From Mustelus asterias (taxonomy: Eukaryota): a stretch of DNA of 64,000 bases. Under the pieces are notes generated by a model, which was given only the letters and a program-made list of their open reading frames with translations, was not told the origin of the DNA and ran no database searches. The position numbers were made by a program, and so were the translations under genes. The stretch is taken from contig NC_135818.1 in assembly GCF_964213995.1 (NCBI RefSeq), forward strand, positions 71,424,001-71,488,000. The letters are read 5' to 3'. Shown piece by piece: positions 38,009-48,890 of this stretch (within the stretch, counting starts at the first letter, position 1; the number at the start of each line of letters is the position of its first letter).

Positions 38009-38884
38009 GGATAGTGGGAAGAAATGGAGAGGTGAGGAGGAGGAAGGGGAGTAGATGTTGCTGAACTGGGAGTTAAGAGTTTATAATGGCGTCCTATACT
38101 TCTCTTCAGTAGATCATTACAGAAGGTTTCAGGTCCGTAGGAATGTGCCTAACTTGCAGTGTTAAGAAGGCCATACCATTGTCGCAATCAACAGAGCATC
38201 TTCTGAATTCCAGTATAATGTGGAGGGAAGATACCTTCACCAAGCGAGGAGACTTGCATTTATGCAATGACTTTATTACAAGGGAAAGAAGTCCCAAAGC
38301 ATTTCACAAAGGTGTCAAAAGAAGGCCATTGAACAAGCTTTTCGGAGAGGTGGCCAACAGTTCCGTCACAGTACGAGCATTACAGTGTTTGTCTTTGGTT
38401 CACTGTTACCCTGATTTGAATTAATTGTTCTGGCTTTACATTGGAAAATGTACTGTGTTATGCATTCCTCATGCTGGAGTTGGGGAATTTAGAACAGGTA
38501 TCTCCCTTGTGTATGATAGATTGTATAGAATAGCTTAAATTGAATTTCTGTCTTCTGAATGCAGTGGAACATTTTGTTAATTCAACTCCATACATCTTCC
38601 CATTATGTTTCCTCAACAGAGAGCTCCAAGTTCCATTCCCAAGTGATTTCTGCATAAAAGTTACCAAGGTCTCTGTGTGACTGGAAGAACACCAACAGTT
38701 CTCTGAAGATATCAGATGAATCCTGTTTTTGTTATTCATTCCAAATTAGTTAACTGAAGGGAAAATTGGAGCCACAAAATCTCTCACATATACACTGTTG
38801 AAATAATGTGACTTGGAAAGGGCAAGGGCCGAATTGATAAGGCTTTTCTTTTTTAAAAAAGCGTATGGAATTGTTGGATTTATA

Positions 38885-40348
38885 AATATTTTTGTCAGCC
38901 CGTGCAGGGCATACCCACATCAGGAGGCCATAAATGGAGACGGGAGTACCGCAAGTTTGAATTTGCAAGCTGATTCCTGCCGGTCATCATTTTAACAGGT
39001 GCTGGAAGTGTGACGGGTTATGATTTGGCATGCACTGGCATTAGGTCTTCTATATTATTCCTTATGTGAATCTTGAATCTTGAGTTTGAGATATTCAGCG
39101 AGATAGCTGGGTCTCTGAAGCTTGTGTGAATGGCATCAGGTCAGTGGGTTTGTGAAGCTTGTTGCAGCCTGTCGCAGTCATTAATCTTTTGACCGGTATG
39201 TTTAATAAATATTGTCAACTTCAAACGTCATGATTATACACTATATGATGATTTAAGTCTGCGTTTAATGAGGTGATTGCTGACAGGGTTCTGTCCTTAA
39301 AAGGTAAATTACCACTAAATTGGCCAGCATTGTGAAAGTGTTTGGATGCATTGTGCAGTTTATAAAGGGCTCATCTGCATTGGCCAGTGTTGAGAATCAG
39401 ATTTTAATGTGGAATCTGGACCCATGCTTTGATATTTACATTAATTCACTGACCATCCATCAGTTGAACCATTGAGTAAACAGAGCAGATGGTTGAGCTC
39501 TTTGATTGAGAGATCAGCCAGCTGTTCAGGCAATTTCAGTGGCTTTAATGTATTCAGCTCTGGAGGATTTGTTGACACAGATGGTGAATGAAATCTTGTT
39601 ATGAACGGTTGACTGAGCTCCAAACCCCACTAATTAATTAATCTCAGCAGGACAGGAGCTATTTACAAAGTTGTTTAATTGATAGTTTTATAAGGATTAA
39701 TTTGGATAGTGTTTTTTTTGGAAGTGGTTTGTGAAAGACTGTTTATTTTGATAGACGTATGACTGCTTAAGTGGAGTTTGAATAGATGCGTGTTTTATCA
39801 ACAGTCTTGAGTTTCTAAGAGAAATGATTTTTTTCAAGTAGGTTTTTATTCAATTTTGGTTTAATTGAAAGTTTCATGAGCATTTCAAAGAATTCCACGT
39901 GTTAGTATTGGGCTAATGAATCCTGCACATAGTGGATAGTGCGTGAGTGAATATGGAGGAGTCATGGGGTATAGAGGAGATGTAGGAGCATGGAGGTGGC
40001 TGTGGGTGAGGAATTGAGGAGTGAGGTCTTGGGGGCCTAACATGTCATGAGCCTAAATAGGCAAATGTTCCAGCCAAAAGAGACAGGCCTTCTAAATTAT
40101 CCAGCTTTTCAACCTCTGCCCCCATCCTCCTCTCCCCCCTCCCCCCCCCCGCCCCCTGCCGCCGCCGCACCCCCCACCTCCATTCCTAACTCAGACCCTC
40201 TTTGGGAGGCAGCGGCCTGAACTCAATCCTGACCTGACGCTGTGCGGGGAAAATAGCAAGAGTGTATGGGTTGAACCAGGAAGTGGGAACAGGACATCAG
40301 AAAATGGCCCAACTCCCGATTCCCACATCAGAAGGCAAATTTCAGCCC
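38885..40348. mobile_element. About 1.46-kb Harbinger-like non-autonomous element interrupting a CR1 relic
   Basis: CR1 KKAYGIVGFIN (38857-38888) resumes as MEYK at 40349; right end AAATTTCAGCCC. Confidence 0.55.
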
Positions 40349-41654
40349 ATGGAGTACAAAAATATATTAAAGTATTATTCTAATTCCCTACTCTGCACTT
40401 TTAGAAGAACTTGGAAAGGGTGCAGGGAAGATTTACGAAAACAGCACCAAAGGACAAAGGACTTCATCTTTGTAGAAAGACCAGGGTAGCTTGAAATTCA
40501 GCAATATCACTGTATTTAACATGTGTTGAGGTAATTAGTAAGTATTGCACCCATCCATGTTCCACTTAACAAACACTGCTCTGAACTCGTAGTCAATCCA
40601 TTAACCCTTTCCTTACAGTTGACAGTGATGCCCTTCCTGCCCTGAAAGACATTAAATACAAGGAGAGAATGAACTTCACAGAGCATTCCTCACTCAAACA
40701 AAAGTAAATTAATGGGTTATATCCCTCTCAGCATCTTGTGGCATTTTGCTATGTGGAAAAAATACCTGTTGCATTTACTCACAAAACAACTGGCTTCAAA
40801 GGAACTAATTAACTCTGACAGTACACAGCTGCTCAGCAAGGCTTAACACATTTCTCGGAAATTCCTCTCTCTGCTATTTCAGTCGAAGGTAATGCTTCCA
40901 CGAAAACCGAGCGGAGAGGAATTTGTAACACAACCCTTCTCTGCATTTCAGCTATGCTAAAGCTTTAAGGCCTTGTCATCTGCATCATTCCTAAGTACTG
41001 TGATAAACCGTGGTCAAAATGTGAAATTTTATTTTTCTATTTGCAAAGAGGAATTGCATGCTCTGAACTTGCCACCTGAATCAAAATTCAGGAAGGTATT
41101 ATCGATGGGAGTGAAAGATTGAGATAATGATGGTACCTCTAAACTTAATCCAGCGTAATTTAAAATCACAAACCTGTCTATTTTTGGCAGATTGAAAAAT
41201 TGCAATTCCAATGCCACTAAAAAAAAATGACATTTGTCAATTCTAACACTATTACCTCCTGGTGTAATTCCTTTTACTTAATGCTGAGTGAAAACTGGTA
41301 TGAGGAAATCTTTATACATTCGTTGCTATCCCAAGTAAACTGTGATAAAATGACTTAATCATCTACATTGAGAGAGAGCTTTTTAAGGGTGTACCTGTGG
41401 TGTACAACCTCAGCTCATAACTCAGGCAGTACCTGATCAGGACCTGGGAATGATGCAGAGGCGGACTTACAATGAAACACATCATTCCTTGGCAAAGAAC
41501 CCAGATTAGTAGGGTCTGCCCATGCTGGACGGTGTCTGTGGGCAGTTCCTGGACACCAATCAGACCCTGATAGCTCTGTATTTTCTGCTAGGCTCAACTA
41601 ATACAAATGAGACTATCAGCAGGCAATGCAGAGCCATATCAGACACTGATAGCA

Positions 41655-41965
41655 GGTAGCACGGTGGCACAGTGGTTAGCATTGCTGCCTCACAGCGCCA
41701 GGGAACCGGGTTCGATTCCTGGCTTAGGTCACTGTGTGGAGTTTGCACTTTCTCCCCGTGTCTGTGTGGGTTTCCTCCGGGTGCTCCAATTTCCTCTCAC
41801 AGTCCAAAGATGCACAGGATTGGCCATGCTAAATTGCCCCTTATTGTTTGGGGGTCTAGCTAGGATAAATGCATAAGGTTATGGGTACAAGGCCCGGGTG
41901 GGATTGCGGTCGGTGCTGATTTGATGGGCCGAATGGCTTCCTTCTGCACTGTAGGATTCTATGAT
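41655..41965 (+). mobile_element. HE1-type V-SINE, CR1-type tail (inside the hAT)
   Basis: Head, V-domain and tail motifs. Confidence 0.88.
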
Positions 41966-42514
41966 TGTCCGAGTCCCCTAAGAGCGGAAAAGCACAGATC
42001 CAAAGTGTTGAGATGACTAGGAAGGTGAGAGGCAGCAGTTGGATAATCTTTTGCATATTCACGAAGAACTCAGCAGGTTTCTTGATCTCAACCCAGGGCT
42101 GAAGAGGGAAGGCCGTAGCCAGGCTGTGAGGCGAGGTCAAGGTGAGATGCAAGGCACCTGGCACCAGTAGCTGAGAGGAGCAGGGGTGACTCGACCATCA
42201 AGTCAGGGCTGAGGAGTGCTGGGCAGCCCATAGTCAGGCAGCCAGCAGTGAGGTGAGGTCGTTAGGCGAGATGGTGGGCGTGGTGTGATAGAATCATAGA
42301 ATTATAGAATCACTACAGTGCAGAAGGAGGCAATCCCACCCAGGCCCTATCCCCGTAACCCCACGTATGTACCTTTCTAGTCCCCACGACACTAAGGGGC
42401 AATTTAGCATGGCCCATCTACCTAACCCGCACATCTTTGGACTGTGGGAGGAAACTAAAGCACCCGGAGGAAACCCACGCAGAGAAGAGGAGAAGGTGCA
42501 AACTCCACACAGAC

Positions 42515-42697
42515 GTGATGTGGAATTGCCAGTGTTGGACTGGGATGGGCACAGTAAAAAGTCTCACAACAGCAAGCTAAAGTCCAACAGGTTTATTTTT
42601 GGAATCACCTGATGAAGGAGCAGTGCTCCGAAAGTTTGCGATTCCAAATAAACCTGTTGGACTTTAACCTAGTGTTGTGAGACTTCTTACTGTGTCT
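42515..42697 (+). mobile_element. Penelope-like mini-element: long hairpin with a central hammerhead core
   Basis: Inverted arms around GGAATCAC-CTGATGA-AGGAGCAGTGCTCC-GAAA-GTTT-GCGATTCC; 8-bp TSD ACACAGAC (42507-42514 / 42698-42705) inside an HE1 SINE. Confidence 0.8.
42601..42645 (+). ncRNA. Minimal type I hammerhead ribozyme motif
   Basis: CUGAUGA and GAAA cores, stem II GGAGC/GCUCC, stem I GGAAUCAC/GCGAUUCC (1 mismatch), vestigial stem III as in PLE-type hammerheads. Confidence 0.65.
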
Positions 42698-42874
42698 ACA
42701 CAGACAGTCACCCTAGCCAGGAATCTAACCCGGGTTCTTGGCGCCGTGAGGCAGCAGTGCTTGACTCTGTTCCATTGTGCTGCCCCGTGTCGGTCATCAA
42801 GGGGAGCATGGGGCAACTGAACCCACAGGCCAGGACTGAGGAGAGCTCAGAAATCAATTCACTAATCAAGTTTT

Positions 42875-43173
42875 GAAGTTTATTGGTGTCACAAGTTGGC
42901 TTACATTAACATTGCAATGAAGTTACTGTGAAAGTCCCCGAGACGCCACACTCCGGCACCTGTTCGAGTACACTGAGGGAGAATTTAACATGGCCAATTC
43001 ACCCAAGCAGCAGGTCTTTCGGACTGTAGGAGGAAACCGGAGCACCCGGAGGAAACCCATGCAGACATGGGGAGAACGTGCAGACTCCACACAGACAGTG
43101 ATCCAAGCCGGGAATCGAACCCGGGTCCCTGGTGCTGTGAGACAGCATTGCTAACCACTGTGCCACTGTGCCG
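42875..43173 (-). mobile_element. V-SINE type B tail
   Basis: Head, V-domain, type B tail. Confidence 0.88.
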
Positions 43174-43174
43174 C

Positions 43175-44030
43175 TAAGTAAAAGAAGCCAAATACTATTC
43201 CATAATAGTTGCTACAATATCAGATGTGAGTCATGTGGACCAATGAACATTAACTTTAAGACCAGCGATAGTGAAGTTGTAGAGCAATTTCTTTGTTACT
43301 TTGATTTCTCAGCTACAGCTCCATGCATCTGAGTGTCTGGAGACAACTGTTTTGGAAATCATTGTAAATTCAGGTTTGGACTCAGAAATTTGGACAGAGC
43401 TTGAATAATGCTGCAAATATGGCAGGAAAATATTCAGGTCTACAAGCAAGATTGAATAATGCAAGCTCCTATGCATTCTTCATCCCCTGTTCCATTCCCT
43501 GACTGAATTTAATTTGCAATGCTGCAGCTAAACCCTGTGAGATATCTGGACATTCTTTTGACTTTATTCAAAACTTGCGTGCCTTCTTTTTCGGTTTCCA
43601 TGCATCGGTGGGATATATTGCAACCACACTTGGAGCAAGCAAATGAAAACATTTGATGGTCAACAAAATATATGGTCCACTTGTGCAGATGCTGTCTTGG
43701 CTTTGAAAATGACTTTTGCTGATATAAAGGAAACCTTATCAGACATATCCGCATCAAATTCAGAAAATCCACATGTGAAAACTGAAGCAAAATCCTTAGC
43801 AGAGACGTTTCAAAAGTATGATATTGCTGTTTTTACTGTTTTGTGGAACTATTTACTTCAGAGTATTCATGCCATCAACAAATTGCTGCAAAATGCTGAT
43901 GCAACTTTATTGAATGCTGTGCAATTGTTAGCCTCAGCCCAAAGTATTGTCATGGAAGTTCAAGATGACTCTATCTCGGTGGAAGTAGAGGCGCTAACAT
44001 TAACAAAATATACAGGTCCCTCTGATAATG
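43175..44030 (+). pseudogene. hAT transposase relic, catalytic core part (ZMYM1/Tip100-like)
   Basis: Translates to VKEAKYYSII..SDVSHVDQ*, NAANMAGKYSGLQARL, FIPC, then the 43643 ORF (W..LL..I..INK.LQ); stops and frameshifts present. Confidence 0.85.
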
Positions 44031-44109
44031 AGAACCATAGAACCATAGAAAATTACAGCTCAGAAACAGGCCTTTTGGCCCTTCTTGTCTGTGCCGAACC
44101 ATTTTATGC

Positions 44110-47025
44110 CTAGTCCCACTGACCTGCACTTGGACCATATCCCTCCACACCCCTCTCATCCATGAACGCGTCCAAGTTTTTCTTAAATGTTAAAAGTGCA
44201 TTTACCACTTTATCTGGCAGCTCATTCCACACTCCCACCACTCTCTGCGTGAAGAAGCCCCCCCTAATATTCCCTTTAAACTTTTCTCCTTTCACCCTTA
44301 ACCCATGCCCTCTGGTTTTTTTCTCCCCTAGCCTCAGTGGAAAAAGCCTGCTTGCATTCACTCTATCTATACCCATCAAAATCTTATACACCTCTATCAA
44401 ATCTCCCCTCAATCTTCTACGCTCCAGGGAATAAAGTCCCAACCTATTCAATCTCTCTCTGTAACTCAGCTTCTCAAGTCCTGGCAACATCCTTGTGAAC
44501 CTTCTCTGCACTCTTTCAATCTTATTTACATCCTTCCTGTAACTAGGTGACCAAAACTGTACACAATACTCCAAATTCGGCCTCACCAATGCCTTATATA
44601 ACCTTACCATAACACTCCAACTTTTATACTCGATACTCCGATTTATAAAGGCCAATGTACCAAAGGCACTCTTTACGACCCTATCCACCTGTGACGTCAC
44701 TTTTAGGGAATTCTGTACCTGTATTCCCAGATCCCTCTGTTCAACTGCACTCTTCAGAGTCCTACCATTTACCCTGTACGTTCTACTTTGATTTGTCCTT
44801 CCAAAGTGCAATATCTCACACTTGTCTGCGTTAAATTCCATTTGCCATTTTTCAGCCCATTTTTCTAGTTGGTCCAAATCCCTCTGCAAGCTTTGAAAAC
44901 CTTTCTCACTGTCCACTACACCTCCAATCTTTGTATCATCAGCAAACTTGCTGATCCAATTGACCACATTATCATCCAGATCATTGATATAGATGACAAA
45001 CAACAATGGACCCAACACCGATCCCTGCGGCACACCACTAGTCACAGGCCTCCACTCAGAGAAGCAATACTCCACAACCACTCTCTGGCTTCTTCCATTG
45101 AGCCAGTGTCTTATCCAATTTACTACCTCCCCATGTATACCTAGCGACTGAACCTTCCTAACTAACCTCCCATGAGGGACCTTGTCAAAGGCCTTGCTGA
45201 AATCCAGGTAGACAACATCCACCGCCTTCCCTTCATCCACTTTCCTGGTAACCTCCTCGAAAAACTCTAATAGATTGGTCAAACATGACCTACCACGCAC
45301 AAAGCCATGTTGACTCTCCCTAATAAGTCCCTGTCTATCCAAATATTTGTAGATTCTATCCCTTACCACACCTTCCAATAACTTGCCCACCACCGACGTC
45401 AAACTTACTGGCCGATAATTTCCCGGATTTCTTTTGGAACCTTTTTTAAACAACGGAACAACATGAGCCACCCTCCAATCATCCGGCACCTCCCCCGTGA
45501 ATACTGACATTTTAAATATGTCTGCCAGGGCCCCTGCAAGTTCAACACTAGCTTCCCTCAAGGTCCGTGGGAATACCCTGTCCGGTCCTGGGGATTCATC
45601 CACTCTGATTTGCCTCAAGACAGCGAGCACCTCCTCCCCTTTAATCTGTAAAGGTTCCATGGCCTCCCTACCAGTTTGCCCTATTTCCGTAGACTCCATG
45701 CCCGTTTCCTCAGTAAATACGGATGCAAATAAACCATTTAGTATCTCCCCCATCTCTTTTGGTTCCATACACAGTCTACCACTCTGGTCTTCAAGAGGAC
45801 CAATTTTATCCCTCACTATCCTTTTGCTCCTAACATACCTATAGAAGCTCTTTGGATTTTCCTTCACTCTGTCTGCCAAAGCAACCTCATGTCTTCTTTT
45901 AGCCCTCCTGATTTCCCTCTTAAGGAGCTTCTTGCACTTTTTATACTCCTCGAGCATCTGATGTGTTCCTTGCTGCCTGTACATTTCATACAACTCTCTC
46001 TTCCTCTTAATCAGTGTTACAATCTCCCTCAAGAACCAAGGTTCCTTATTCCTATTTACTTTGCCTTTAATCCTGACAGGAACATACAAACTCTGCACTC
46101 TCAAAATTTCTCCTTTGAAGGCCTCCCACTTTCCATTTACATCCTTACCAGAGAACAGCCTGTGCCAATCCACACTTCCCAGATCCCTTCTCATTTCATC
46201 AAATTTGGCCTTTTTCCAGTTCAGAACTTCAACCCGAGGACCAGATCTATCCTTATCCACGATCAGGTTGAAACTAATGGCATTATGATCACTGGATCCA
46301 AAGTGTTCCCTCACACTCACATCCATCACCTGCCCTAACTCATTTCCCAATAGGAGATCCAATATCGCATCCTCTCTAGTTGGCACCTCTATATACTGAT
46401 GTAGGAAATTCTCCTGAACACATTTTACAAACTCTACCCCGTCTAAACCTTTAACAGTATGCGAGTCCCAATCTATATGTGGAAAATTAAAATCCCCTAC
46501 TATCACAACTTTGTGTTTCTTGCAGTTGTCAGCTATCTCTCCGCTGATTTGCTCCTCCAATTCTCGCTGACTATTGGGTGGTCTATAATACAAGCCCATT
46601 AATGTGGTCATACCTTTCCTGTTTCTCAGCTCCACCCATAGGGCCTCTGTAGACAAGCTCCCTAATCTATCCTGCCTGAGTACCGCTGTAACATTTTCCC
46701 TGACCAACAATGCCACCCCCCCACCTTTTATCCCTCTGCCTCTATCCCGCCTGAAACATTGGAACTCTGGAACATTGAGCTGACAGTCCTGCCCCTCCTG
46801 TAGCCAAGTTTCACTAATGGCTATAATGTCATATTTCCATGTGTCTATCCACGCCTTCAGCTCATCTGCCTTCCCCACAATACTCCTGGCATTGAAATAG
46901 ACACACCTCAAAAAATTATTTCCACCACACTCTACCCTTCCATTTGTGATTTTGCTTGAACTAACCTGTCTTTTTACCCCTGCTCCACTATCTGCTCTGG
47001 CACTCTGGTTCCCACCCCCCTGCAA
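44110..47025 (-). CDS. CR1 ORF2: apurinic-like endonuclease + reverse transcriptase (971 codons; no AUG start, ORF track begins at TTG)
   Basis: EN motifs YFNARS, ISETW, YRPP, GDFN, LDLLL, SDH; RT motifs PGPD, NYRPVSLTS, QHGF, YLDFSKAFDKV, GVPQGSVLGPLLF, FADD; CR1 C-terminal TRGH and FFTQRVV..WN.LP. Confidence 0.95.
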   Translation of the reverse strand: MQGGGNQSARADSGAGVKRQVSSSKITNGRVECGGNNFLRCVYFNARSIVGKADELKAWIDTWKYDIIAISETWLQEGQDCQLNVPEFQCFRRDRGRGIKGGGVALLVRENVTAVLRQDRLGSLSTEALWVELRNRKGMTTLMGLYYRPPNSQRELEEQISGEIADNCKKHKVVIVGDFNFPHIDWDSHTVKGLDGVEFVKCVQENFLHQYIEVPTREDAILDLLLGNELGQVMDVSVREHFGSSDHNAISFNLIVDKDRSGPRVEVLNWKKAKFDEMRRDLGSVDWHRLFSGKDVNGKWEAFKGEILRVQSLYVPVRIKGKVNRNKEPWFLREIVTLIKRKRELYEMYRQQGTHQMLEEYKKCKKLLKREIRRAKRRHEVALADRVKENPKSFYRYVRSKRIVRDKIGPLEDQSGRLCMEPKEMGEILNGLFASVFTEETGMESTEIGQTGREAMEPLQIKGEEVLAVLRQIRVDESPGPDRVFPRTLREASVELAGALADIFKMSVFTGEVPDDWRVAHVVPLFKKGSKRNPGNYRPVSLTSVVGKLLEGVVRDRIYKYLDRQGLIRESQHGFVRGRSCLTNLLEFFEEVTRKVDEGKAVDVVYLDFSKAFDKVPHGRLVRKVQSLGIHGEVVNWIRHWLNGRSQRVVVEYCFSEWRPVTSGVPQGSVLGPLLFVIYINDLDDNVVNWISKFADDTKIGGVVDSEKGFQSLQRDLDQLEKWAEKWQMEFNADKCEILHFGRTNQSRTYRVNGRTLKSAVEQRDLGIQVQNSLKVTSQVDRVVKSAFGTLAFINRSIEYKSWSVMVRLYKALVRPNLEYCVQFWSPSYRKDVNKIERVQRRFTRMLPGLEKLSYRERLNRLGLYSLERRRLRGDLIEVYKILMGIDRVNASRLFPLRLGEKKTRGHGLRVKGEKFKGNIRGGFFTQRVVGVWNELPDKVVNALLTFKKNLDAFMDERGVEGYGPSAGQWD

Positions 47026-47027
47026 AT

Positions 47028-47969
47028 CTAGTTTAAACGCTCCCCAATAACACTAGCAAATCTCCCTGCAAGTATATTGGTCCCCTTGTAGTTTAGGTGT
47101 AACCCGTCTCTCTTGTACAGGTCGCACCTGCCCCAAAAGAGGTCCCAATGATCCAAGAATTGGAAACCCTGCCCCCTGCACCAGTTCCTCAGCCATGTGT
47201 TTATCCGCCCAAGCATCCTACTCCTGCCCTCATTGGCATGTGGCTCAGGTAGCAATCCTGAGATTACTACCCTCGGGATCCTGCTTTTTAACTTCCTTCC
47301 AAGCTCTTTGTACTCACTCTTTAGGACCTCCTCACTCTTCCTTCCCACGTCATTGGTACCGACGTGTACCACGACATCTGGCTGATCACCTTCCCACTTT
47401 AGAACGCTGTGCACGCGATCAGAGACATCGCTGACCTTGGCACCTGGGAGGCAACAAACCATGCGGGAGTCTCTGTCCCGACCACAGAACCTCCGATCTG
47501 TACCTCTGACCATTGAGTCCCCTATCACTACTGCTCTCCTCTTCTTCATCCCACCCTTTTGCGCTGTAGAACCAGACGCAGTATCAGAGTTCCGGCTGTC
47601 GCAGCTTGTCCCAGGTAAAGCATCTCCCACAACAGTATCCAATTCAGTATACCTGTTGTGGAGGGGTATGGCCACAGGGGAACCCTGCTCTGCCTGTCCT
47701 TTCACACTGCCATTTCCTCTCCTTACAGTAACCCAATTTCCTGTGCTCTGCTGCTTAGGTGTAACTATCTCCCTAAAGCTACTGTCTATAAACTTCTCAT
47801 TCTCCCGAATTAGATGGAGGTCATCAAGCTCCTTCTCCAGTTCCCTAACACGCTTTGCTAGCAGCTGCAGCTGAATGCATCTTTTGCAGGTGCTGTCGTC
47901 AGGGATACCGGAGGTCTCCCTGATCTCCCACATCCTGCAAGAGGAGCATTCCAACATCCTGCCTGGCAT
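47028..47969 (-). CDS. CR1 ORF1 (313 aa from ATG 47969): CxxC...CxxC zinc finger/coiled coil + SGNH esterase-like domain
   Basis: CSSC...CKRC followed by the heptad-rich LQLLAKRVRELEKEL; SGNH blocks GDS, PGA, HVGTND, DGLH typical of CR1 ORF1 esterases. Confidence 0.92.
   Translation of the reverse strand: MPGRMLECSSCRMWEIRETSGIPDDSTCKRCIQLQLLAKRVRELEKELDDLHLIRENEKFIDSSFREIVTPKQQSTGNWVTVRRGNGSVKGQAEQGSPVAIPLHNRYTELDTVVGDALPGTSCDSRNSDTASGSTAQKGGMKKRRAVVIGDSMVRGTDRRFCGRDRDSRMVCCLPGAKVSDVSDRVHSVLKWEGDQPDVVVHVGTNDVGRKSEEVLKSEYKELGRKLKSRIPRVVISGLLPEPHANEGRSRMLGRINTWLRNWCRGQGFQFLDHWDLFWGRCDLYKRDGLHLNYKGTNILAGRFASVIGERLN
47031..47037 (-). other. Candidate -1 ribosomal frameshift slippery site U_UUA_AAC
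   Basis: Minus strand reads CGT TTA AAC TAG (end of ORF1); the -1 frame TTT AAA CTA GAT TTG CAG runs straight into ORF2. Confidence 0.7.
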
Positions 47970-48299
47970 TTTTTTTAGTCTGGGGAAAAACAAGAATAAA
48001 CTTTCTGGGAAAGAAAAAACTTACTCTCGCCTCTGCCTGTTCTCGCCGAAGCCCGTTTTGAGCCTAGGCCCTTCAGCTCTCACTCTGCCCCCTGCTCACT
48101 CTGCTGCCCGCTAACGACGCTGCCCGCTCAAAGGTGCGGCCTACTTTTAAACCCTCCAAAACCTTCCCAGGCTGCTGCTGGGCCTACTTCCTGTTTTGAA
48201 AAAAAAACCTCCGATTTTTTTCACTAATTTAACTGAAAAATAAACAAATAAATAAAATGCACAAACAGCTCCCTTACCCTCAGCCTGCTCCTGTGGAAC

Positions 48300-48890
48300 A
48301 ATGATGCAGGAAGTTATATTTTGATGAAACCAGAGACAACGAAATCACTTTAGAAGGGAAAGAGAAGAGCATCGGTGAGACTGTCAATGTTATTTGCGAC
48401 ACAATAATGGTGCAATTGCAGAGTAGAAGTGAATCTCTGAAGAAAATGTGATTTATTTTGTGTGCTTTTTGACAGAAGATTGGATGAGAATGTTAAAAGC
48501 CACTATAGTAAGAAATTAAATGAATTCCACCTCGAGGACATAGACACAAATTTTTTTGAAGATGAAATGAAATAATTCACTCATTTCATCAATAATTATG
48601 AGCACTGTGGTTCAAAATCACCAGCTGATTTGTACAGACTTGGACATGATAGTTTGCAGGCAACCTTTCCAAACATCAAAACCATTCTGAAATTATTTTT
48701 AACCATACCTGTCACAAATGCTTCCAGTGAACATTCTTTTTCTGTGTTGTAAAGAGCTAAACACTATTTGCGAAGTATGGTGAGTCCAAAGCATATGCCA
48801 AATATTGATGACTGAAAGTGCATCTTTACAACATTTTACTTACAATGATGTAATTGATGAAGAAAAAATGTGGAAGAAAAGCTATCTAAA
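48300..48890 (+). pseudogene. hAT transposase relic, C-terminal part with hATC dimerisation motif
   Basis: RKLYFDE...; TFPNIKTILKLFLTIPVTNASSEHSFSVL*RAKHYLRS. Confidence 0.85.

Larger units (their letters stand above)
42288..42786 (-). mobile_element. HE1-type V-SINE split by the PLE mini-element
   Basis: The halves join across the ACACAGAC TSD. Confidence 0.85.
44031..48299 (-). mobile_element. Full-length CR1-clade (HER1-like) non-LTR retrotransposon, about 4.27 kb
   Basis: 5'UTR, open ORF1, open ORF2 (APE endonuclease + RT), short 3'UTR ending in the (ATGGTTCT)n octamer tail at 44031-44050. It interrupts a hAT transposase relic. The TSD is ambiguous (AATGA at 44027-44031 and 48300-48304 is possible). 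Confidence 0.95.

Noticed and set aside
43643-44113. 156-aa ORF as a domesticated transposase gene
   Set aside because: A fragment of a transposase with upstream stops and frameshifts that reads into the antisense CR1 tail.
47970-47993. ORF1 start at TTG 47993
   Set aside because: It lies in a polypyrimidine/acceptor tract; the in-frame ATG at 47969 precedes the zinc finger as expected.
44162-48114. Plus-strand ORFs within the CR1
   Set aside because: Antisense shadows of ORF1 and ORF2.
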